The notes under the pieces were generated by a model that was not told the origin of the DNA, searched no databases, and saw only the letters and a list, made by a program, of their open reading frames with translations. The position numbers were made by a program, and so were the translations under genes. Source: Bacteroidales bacterium (GTDB lineage: Bacteria > Bacteroidota > Bacteroidia > Bacteroidales > WCHB1-69). Taken from it: 36,787 nucleotides of DNA. Shown one piece after another: positions 26,207 through 32,935 of the stretch (within the stretch, counting starts at the first letter, position 1; each line of letters starts with the position of its first letter). Location: contig JAISAD010000002.1 in NCBI GenBank assembly GCA_031266895.1, forward strand, positions 1-36,787, in the 5' to 3' direction.

Positions 26207-27805
26207 ATGGCTACTAAATATGTATTTGTGCTGGGAGGGGTAGTTTCCGGCCTGGGAAAAGGAATTACGGCTGCCTCGCTGGGCAGGCTGCTGAAATCAA
26301 GGGGCGTGAAGGTTACGATGCAAAAGCTGGATCCCTATCTGAATGTGGACCCCGGCACTATGAATCCTTACCAGCACGGCGAGGTTTTTGTTACCGAAGA
26401 TGGCGGGGAGACCGATCTTGATATCGGCCATTATGAGCGCTTTATTGACGAGAATCTGAATAAGTATTGCAATGTTACGGCAGGTAAGGTTTATTATTCG
26501 GTGATTGAGAATGAGCGCAACGGCGTTTATGCCGGCACAACGGTGCAGATGATTCCGCACGTTACCGATATGATTCAGGATAAAATCCGGCTTAATGCCC
26601 AGAGCAATGGCGCCGAGGTGGCTATTGTGGAGGTGGGCGGCACGGTGGGCGATTACGAGAGCCTGCCTTTTCTGGAGGCTATTCGACAGTTTTCGATAGA
26701 GGAGGGTGCCGCTAATTGCATGTATATTCATGTGGCGCTTATTCCTTTTATTACGCCCAGCAATGAGCTGAAGACGAAGCCGGCGCAGCATAGTGTGAAG
26801 GAGCTGCTCAGCATTGGCATTCAGCCCGATATTCTGGTGTGCCGCAGCGACCGCCCTCTGGAGATGGAGATTAAGCGGAAGCTGTCGCTTTTCTGCAATG
26901 TGAAGCCGGAAAATATTATTGAGAATATAAATATGCCTTCGCTTTACGAGATTCCCCTCGCGCTTGAGGAGAAGGGCCTGGCGCAGCGGGTGATTGAGCG
27001 CTTGAATCTTAGCTGCCGCGAGAAGGATTTGACGGACTGGCAGGAGATGGTGGATAAGAGCAGGAAGGCAGTTTCGGAGACTCATGTTGCGCTGGTGGGG
27101 AAGTATATAGAGCTGAAGGATGCTTATTTGAGTGTGGTGGAGGCGCTGAAGCATGCTTCTATTCACTGCCTGACGGAGCTGCATATCCACTGGTTCGATT
27201 CTGAAGATATTACGGAAAAAAACGCCGGCACGCTGCTCAAGAGTATGAATGGAGTTATAATTCCCGGCGGCTTTGGCTCCCGTGGCATTGAGGGTAAGGT
27301 GAATGCTGCCCGCTATGCCCGCGAAAATAATATTCCCTACCTGGGCCTTTGCCTGGGGATGCAGGTTGCTATTATTGAGTATATGCGCAATGTGGTTGGC
27401 CTGAAGGAGGCGCACAGCAAGGAGATTGATTCCGATACGCCGCATCCGGTTATTGATTTTTTGCCCGGGCAGAATGAGTACAGTATTCTCGGCGGTACTC
27501 TGCGCCTGGGGCAGTACCCTTGCAAGCTGAAGCCGGATACCAGGGCGTTTGAGGCCTATGGCTGCGATTCTATTTCGGAACGCCACCGCCACCGCTATGA
27601 GGTGAATAATGATTACAGGGCTATGCTGGAGGAGCACGGTATGATAGTGTGCGGCACTTCGCCCAATGGTAATATTGTGGAGATGGTCGAAATCCGGAAC
27701 CATCGCTGGTATATGGCCTGTCAGTTTCATCCTGAGTTTAAGTCGCGTCCCAACCGTCCGCATCCGCTCTTTTTCGGGTTTATCAAGGCGGCTATTGAGC
27801 AGTGA
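26207..27805 (+). CDS. pyrG: CTP synthase
   Basis: GGVVSGLGKG, KTKPAQHSV, PGGFG, GLCLGMQ, ERHRHRYE and QFHPEF. -7 element at 26174-26181. Confidence 0.98.
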   Translation: MATKYVFVLGGVVSGLGKGITAASLGRLLKSRGVKVTMQKLDPYLNVDPGTMNPYQHGEVFVTEDGGETDLDIGHYERFIDENLNKYCNVTAGKVYYSVIENERNGVYAGTTVQMIPHVTDMIQDKIRLNAQSNGAEVAIVEVGGTVGDYESLPFLEAIRQFSIEEGAANCMYIHVALIPFITPSNELKTKPAQHSVKELLSIGIQPDILVCRSDRPLEMEIKRKLSLFCNVKPENIIENINMPSLYEIPLALEEKGLAQRVIERLNLSCREKDLTDWQEMVDKSRKAVSETHVALVGKYIELKDAYLSVVEALKHASIHCLTELHIHWFDSEDITEKNAGTLLKSMNGVIIPGGFGSRGIEGKVNAARYARENNIPYLGLCLGMQVAIIEYMRNVVGLKEAHSKEIDSDTPHPVIDFLPGQNEYSILGGTLRLGQYPCKLKPDTRAFEAYGCDSISERHRHRYEVNNDYRAMLEEHGMIVCGTSPNGNIVEMVEIRNHRWYMACQFHPEFKSRPNRPHPLFFGFIKAAIEQ

Positions 27806-28069
27806 TTTTTTTTGTGCGACAGGTTGTTTTTAGAGTTTGGGAAAGTCAAGTTAAAAGTAAGTTTTAGAAGTTTTTTAAAGATGGAATTGATGAATAAGAG
27901 TTAGGATGTTTTTAGGGTAGAATACTTTGCTATCAGGAAATTTAGCGATTTTTCTAGCATGCCAAGATTCACGCAGTGCGTGAGCTTGACTTATTTCGGC
28001 ATGCTAGGTTACGCTAAATACCACTGATAGCGAGATATTGTTAAGTATCACGCTTTTTTTATTAAAATT

Positions 28070-28426
28070 ATGGGAATAGATTACAGCAGGCAAATGGGCA
28101 GGAAAATAGCTACGAAAGGAAGCAGGAAAAGTGTTATCAGAGTTATGGATATTGTGTATATGGAGAGTAGCGGCAATCTGATTACCATCTATTTGAAGGA
28201 TGGAGCAACAGATTATGATATTAAGCCGCTTCATGAGTTTGAGTCCGAGTTGTTTGATTATGGTTTTTTCAGGATACATTATCACACGCTTGTAAATGGG
28301 CGCTATGTCACGGGAACCGATGCAGGCGAAAGGGTGGTGATGTTGAAGGAAAAGAGACTGAAAATATCCAGGCGACGGCTGAAGGCATTCAATTTGTGGA
28401 TTTCGAGCAATCCGGTTACAGGGTAG
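28070..28426 (+). CDS. Stand-alone LytTR DNA-binding domain protein
   Basis: DIVYMESSGN, FFRIHYHTLVN and LKISRRR. No receiver domain. Confidence 0.85.
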   Translation: MGIDYSRQMGRKIATKGSRKSVIRVMDIVYMESSGNLITIYLKDGATDYDIKPLHEFESELFDYGFFRIHYHTLVNGRYVTGTDAGERVVMLKEKRLKISRRRLKAFNLWISSNPVTG

Positions 28427-28429
28427 TTT

Positions 28430-28511
28430 TGACCACTTACACTAGATTTTTGACCGTTTATCAAAAAATCTGCCCGTTTGGGGGTAGATAAAAATAGGCA
28501 TATTATTTTTG
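28430..28511 (+). promoter_or_regulatory. Putative LytTR direct-repeat operator plus promoter
   Basis: TGACCACTTA (28430), TGACCGTTTA (28451) and TGCCCGTTTG (28471), spaced 21 and 20 bp, then TATTTTTG at 28504-28511. Confidence 0.65.
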
Positions 28512-28555
28512 CGGCGTAAATTAATGTAATTTTTTAACTGAAAAAACGAATTAGA

Positions 28556-29041
28556 ATGAAAAAAGTAATTAGCATTGTGATAGTGGCAATAGCATTAGTG
28601 ACAATTTCCTGCAACAAGGAAACAACGGAAAAAACAGTTAGTAATGTCCTAACCGAACAAACCCAACCAACTGTAGAAAAAGCAAAACAGTTAGTATTTG
28701 AAATATGGTGGGATGAATGGGGGAGAAAGAAAAAAAATTGTGATGGAGCGGGGCTTTGCAATTTTCATATATCCCTCAGAATAGAGGAGATTAAAGAGGA
28801 GAATCATACTATTCTTTATTATGGTGATGACAATGAAGAAGGAAGGATGTATGCGGATATTTTGATAGACAATTATTTTCAATTTGATGAGGAAGGGACA
28901 GATTTCTACATTGATGAAGATTTGTACAGCCAAGACCAGTATGGACAATTGTATATGATTCCAGCGGGGCAATACAGGTTTAATAAAGGATTGGGCAAAC
29001 TTGGGGGCTATACTATTCCCGTTATTGCTGTTAAAAAATAA
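28556..29041 (+). CDS. Hypothetical lipoprotein
   Basis: Signal II ending VTISC and a GRKKKNCDGAGLC cysteine motif. Confidence 0.8.
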   Translation: MKKVISIVIVAIALVTISCNKETTEKTVSNVLTEQTQPTVEKAKQLVFEIWWDEWGRKKKNCDGAGLCNFHISLRIEEIKEENHTILYYGDDNEEGRMYADILIDNYFQFDEEGTDFYIDEDLYSQDQYGQLYMIPAGQYRFNKGLGKLGGYTIPVIAVKK

Positions 29042-29099
29042 AATTGAACAAAGTAATTGCAGGATGGTTACTTTGTTGTGTAAATTTCTTCTTTAAGTT

Positions 29100-29669
29100 A
29101 TGAGTACGAAATCTTTTATACTGGGAGTATCTCTAATATTGGCATTAGCCTGTACAAGTTGCATAGTCATTGAGATAAAGGCGCCAACAAGATACAGCGG
29201 TTTTGACCAATTAACCTCTCCAGAGAAAAACAGGGTTATGTTTATCACGGATACCGTACCATACAGCTATGGCGCCGATTCTGTTGTGTTTGCGATAACA
29301 GCAACACAATTAAAAACCTATATGAATCAATTTGACAGTTGTTTAATCTATTTTTGGAAACCTGATTGTGCTGCGCCCAATTGCAAATCTCCTGTCGCAG
29401 TTCAGGAGTATTGCCAAAGGAATAATATCCAATTTGTTCTGATCGGTGAAAATTATATTGCAGCAAAAAGTATGCTTGTCATGAGTTCGATATTGGAATA
29501 TCCAAAATTTGTAATCAATACTTTTCACTACGACGCAGACCTCCAACGTGTCTATAAGCGCAAGTTTAAACAGGAACTGTTTGGTGATTCGGAATATGAT
29601 AAAAATCCTTATGCCATATATTGGATTTACCGAAATGCTATATTCAGGAAGTTTTTTTTCGAGAATTAA
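29100..29669 (+). CDS. Hypothetical lipoprotein with a possible degenerate thioredoxin-like fold
   Basis: Signal II ending CTSC and the segment LIYFWKPDCAAPNC. Confidence 0.7.
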   Translation: MSTKSFILGVSLILALACTSCIVIEIKAPTRYSGFDQLTSPEKNRVMFITDTVPYSYGADSVVFAITATQLKTYMNQFDSCLIYFWKPDCAAPNCKSPVAVQEYCQRNNIQFVLIGENYIAAKSMLVMSSILEYPKFVINTFHYDADLQRVYKRKFKQELFGDSEYDKNPYAIYWIYRNAIFRKFFFEN

Positions 29670-29803
29670 ATCATTTTATGTAGCTTCCTGCTATTATGTC
29701 AAGGCGCCTAACTGTAATGGCATATTCTGCTTTTATATGAATATCACTAAGTGATTTTTTGTGTATTTTTGCCAATCAATACTAATTTAAAATAATAAAT
29801 ATT

Positions 29804-30067
29804 ATGTTTGCACATTCGGAAAATCGAAGGAAACCTTTAATTCCATTCTCTAAAATTCAACAGCATAAATACCTGTTTTTCGTCCTGTATGATTTATGGA
29901 TGGGAGTGGTTACCTGGCTGTTGTATGAAACATTTTTCACTTCAAGACCTCTGTTTTCATTGCGCAGCTTATTTTATTTAGTACTATTACTCTGGGGACA
30001 CTGTTTTGTTGCTGTTTTCATCTATGAAAAGATGCGCAAGAGGCATGAAAATAAAGGAGAAATATAA
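29804..30067 (+). CDS. Small two-TM membrane protein, paralog A
   Basis: Two hydrophobic helices, aligns with the next ORF, and has a -7 element at 29764-29771. Confidence 0.7.
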   Translation: MFAHSENRRKPLIPFSKIQQHKYLFFVLYDLWMGVVTWLLYETFFTSRPLFSLRSLFYLVLLLWGHCFVAVFIYEKMRKRHENKGEI

Positions 30068-30078
30068 TCTTAAATGTT

Positions 30079-30345
30079 ATGATTACACATTCGGAAAATC
30101 GAAAGAAAAAATTAAGGTCATCACTTTTTACACTGGCGCAAATAGAGCGACATAAGTATCTCTGGTTCTTTTGCATGGATTTGGGAATGGGGCTAACGGC
30201 ATGGCTGCTCACCAATTTGGTTTTTGATCCCAGGCCGCTCATGTCGTCCCGCAGCCTTCTGCAGCTGTTTATCACGCTGTGGCTGTTTTATCCGGCTGTT
30301 TTTTTTATGTATGAACAAATGAAGGCTAAAAGTCAAATTAAGTAA
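30079..30345 (+). CDS. Small two-TM membrane protein, paralog B
   Basis: Shares HSENR, HKYL.F, DL.MG...WLL, RPL.S.RSL and AVF.YE.M with paralog A. Confidence 0.7.
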   Translation: MITHSENRKKKLRSSLFTLAQIERHKYLWFFCMDLGMGLTAWLLTNLVFDPRPLMSSRSLLQLFITLWLFYPAVFFMYEQMKAKSQIK

Positions 30346-30372
30346 CGGCCGCTTGTGAAGAATAGCATAAAT

Positions 30373-30792
30373 ATGAAAAAATATCTGCTTTTGTGGGTTA
30401 TATGGCTTTTGGGCAGCTGGATTTACGCGCAGGAAAAAGTGCATTTTAAGCTTAATCTGGCTAAAGGGCAATCTTTTACGGTTGCTCAAACCGTAAAGAC
30501 CGGCAGCAGTCAGGAAATTAATGGACAAACAAGCACAACCGATATAATTGTCAAGGAAACCCATCAGTACAGCGTGGTAAAGGTAATGGATACTGAAATG
30601 GTTTTGAATATGCAGAAAACAGATTTTGAACTCTCTATGAACAGAGGCGGGGGCATGTTCAATAGCACAGTATCGCCGCAACAGGCAGACGACCTTAATC
30701 CGCTCAGTCCCGCCACTCAAATGGCTGCCATGCTCAACCGCTCTGTTACTGTTCACCTGTCGCCCGTGTCAGCTGTTTTTGCCCGAGTATGA
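30373..30792 (+). pseudogene. Truncated secreted protein (DUF6263-like N-terminal half)
   Basis: Signal peptide MKKYLLLW...AQ, then KLNLAKGQSF...QEINGQ. The ORF ends shortly after running into thioredoxin-derived sequence. Confidence 0.55.
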
Positions 30793-30994
30793 AGAAGTTG
30801 CGAAAGCGATGCACAAAAAAGCAGGATTTTACAAGCTGGATTTCGATCTGTGCAAGGCCACTAATGAGCGGCATCAAGTAGCCGCCATTCCTACAATCAT
30901 CATTTTTAAGGAGGGGAAAGAGGTTAAACGCTATGTTGGCCTTACTTCAAAAGAGCGAATTATTGCTGATTTGAAAGTAATTGCAAATTATTGA
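30758..30994 (+). pseudogene. Thioredoxin remnant lacking its N-terminus
   Basis: In the 30779 ORF frame, 30758 onward reads CRPCQLFLPEYEEVAK...AIPTIIIFKEGKEVKRYVG. The expected W and N-terminal strand before the CxxC are absent. Confidence 0.7.
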
Positions 30995-31073
30995 AAGCAA
31001 TTTTTCTCCCGTTCATTGAAAATTTTAAAATTTTCCGTATTTTTGCTGTTCATTTTATCCAATGTATTAAGTC

Positions 31074-32921
31074 ATGAGAAAAATAGGATTTAAGTTGTTG
31101 CTAATTGTTGCAATACAGTTGCTTATGGTTAACTTTGTGCATCTTTATGCCCAAAAAATAAAAAGTGAAGAGGTGCCCGAAGAGGTAATGGATGCCTTCA
31201 ATGGCGAATATGCGGGAGTAAAAGTAATGTCGTGGATGCTTGATAGCAAGCAATATGTCGCAACCTTTAAGGATGATGGTTCGGTAGGGAAAGCGGTTTA
31301 TACCGCTGATGGCACATGGCTGCGCACCACTTACGATATTCCTAAGGCGGAGTTGCCGTCTGCTATTGAGCATTTTGTACTTACAACTTATGGTAAGGAC
31401 TACGGGATTTCGCTCTCCTGTCTGGAAGAGTTGCCTGATGCGCCGCTTCATTACTATATTGAAGTAAAGATGAGTGGAGTAGGGATGGAGGCTTCTCTCC
31501 TCACTTTCGATACGGAGGGGAAGTTGCTGACGCGCAAGGATGCTGAGAGTGTAGCCGTTAACAGCAGCTCCGAAGCGAAGCCGGACAGGCAGGGCAGCTC
31601 CGCATCAGACAAATCTGCTGCTTCCACCAGGCCGACTGCTACTGATAAGGGAAAACAGGCCTCTGCTAAAGGCGCTTCTGTATCCACTGCACCGGCACAG
31701 CGTACCGGTGGCACAGCCCAAAATGGAGTATATAGCGCTAAAACATCTACCGTTACTACGCAGCCCGTGACGACTAAAAGCAACACCTCTTCCGCTGCCA
31801 AGCCGACTGAAACACCTAAGACAACAACCTCTTCTTCGGCTAAAAAGCCAGCCGATACAAAACCGGAAACTGACAATGCTGCCAAAGTGCAGGCTCAAAA
31901 AGAGGAAAATATAGCCAAGGCTAAGGAAAAGGCAGAAAAGGAGGCCGCCGAAAAAGCCAAAGCAGAGGCAGCCGCCAAAGAAAAGGCTGAGAAAGAGGCT
32001 GCTAAGCAGGCAGAAAAAGAGCGCAAGAATGCTGTTACCGACCAGTACGGCAATGTGTCCGTGCCTCCTGACCAGGTTCCCGTGGCCGCAGCCAAAGCTT
32101 TGATCAAGAAAACATCAAGTAAGGAAGAGCTAAACTGGTTTAAGATTGACACGTTTTATGTGGCAAAATGTATTGTGCAATCCAGAAAAAATGAATTTTT
32201 CTTTACGAAGAGCGGAGAATGGGTAAAGACCTTAATCATATTGCCCGAAGAGGGCGTTACGGCGAATCCGTCGAAGCATCTCTCTACTTTCTACAAAGGG
32301 TACAAGTTTGTGAGCGCCATGAAAGAGCAAAATCCTTCAAAAAATGATATTTTGATGGTAGAAATCTATGAAAAGGAGAATATTAAGCAAAAACTGATAA
32401 CTACCGTGCTGTTCGATAAAACCGGCAAGCTGATTAGAAGCATTGACCCCAATTATCAATTGACAGGCGAAGAGGAGGAGTCGGAATCGGATAAAAAGCT
32501 GGAAAAATATTACGAGAAAATGGATATGAGCTTGCAGGAAGACCCCTCGAAAGGCATTCCGGCTAATATTGTAAACGCTTTCAAGGCCAAATATCCGAAA
32601 ATAACGGCTTTCACATGGGAGAGAGATGACGATGGCAACTATGTAGCCAACTGGTTTGGGGTTAAGGGTAAGGAGGCATGTGTTATCGGGCAGTCAGCCA
32701 ATGTGCTCGAAACCCACACGATGAGCAATATCGATAATCTTCCCATGACGATTCAAAGCTATATTAAGGAAAACTATAAAACCTATAAAGCCATTGAGTT
32801 TTACAATGTTAAGGCGCTATTGGAAAAAAACAGCTACTATAAGGTAGTGGTAGAATCTAAAAAAACAAAGGCATCTGAAGTGCTGTGGTTTACTACTACC
32901 GGACGTTTTATTGAAAGGTAG
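31074..32921 (+). CDS. Secreted protein with multiple PepSY-like (BLIP-like/DUF2874-type) domains and a low-complexity linker
   Basis: Repeated VP..V..AF...Y..., Y.A.F, G.W..T and LP.AI..(F/Y) units, an S/T/A/K/P-rich linker and AKEKAEKEAA repeats. Confidence 0.75.
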   Translation: MRKIGFKLLLIVAIQLLMVNFVHLYAQKIKSEEVPEEVMDAFNGEYAGVKVMSWMLDSKQYVATFKDDGSVGKAVYTADGTWLRTTYDIPKAELPSAIEHFVLTTYGKDYGISLSCLEELPDAPLHYYIEVKMSGVGMEASLLTFDTEGKLLTRKDAESVAVNSSSEAKPDRQGSSASDKSAASTRPTATDKGKQASAKGASVSTAPAQRTGGTAQNGVYSAKTSTVTTQPVTTKSNTSSAAKPTETPKTTTSSSAKKPADTKPETDNAAKVQAQKEENIAKAKEKAEKEAAEKAKAEAAAKEKAEKEAAKQAEKERKNAVTDQYGNVSVPPDQVPVAAAKALIKKTSSKEELNWFKIDTFYVAKCIVQSRKNEFFFTKSGEWVKTLIILPEEGVTANPSKHLSTFYKGYKFVSAMKEQNPSKNDILMVEIYEKENIKQKLITTVLFDKTGKLIRSIDPNYQLTGEEEESESDKKLEKYYEKMDMSLQEDPSKGIPANIVNAFKAKYPKITAFTWERDDDGNYVANWFGVKGKEACVIGQSANVLETHTMSNIDNLPMTIQSYIKENYKTYKAIEFYNVKALLEKNSYYKVVVESKKTKASEVLWFTTTGRFIER

Positions 32922-32935
32922 AAAGGTTTTCCCAA

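Noticed and set aside
26297-27763. 488 aa antisense ORF
   Set aside because: Shadow of pyrG caused by its biased codon usage.
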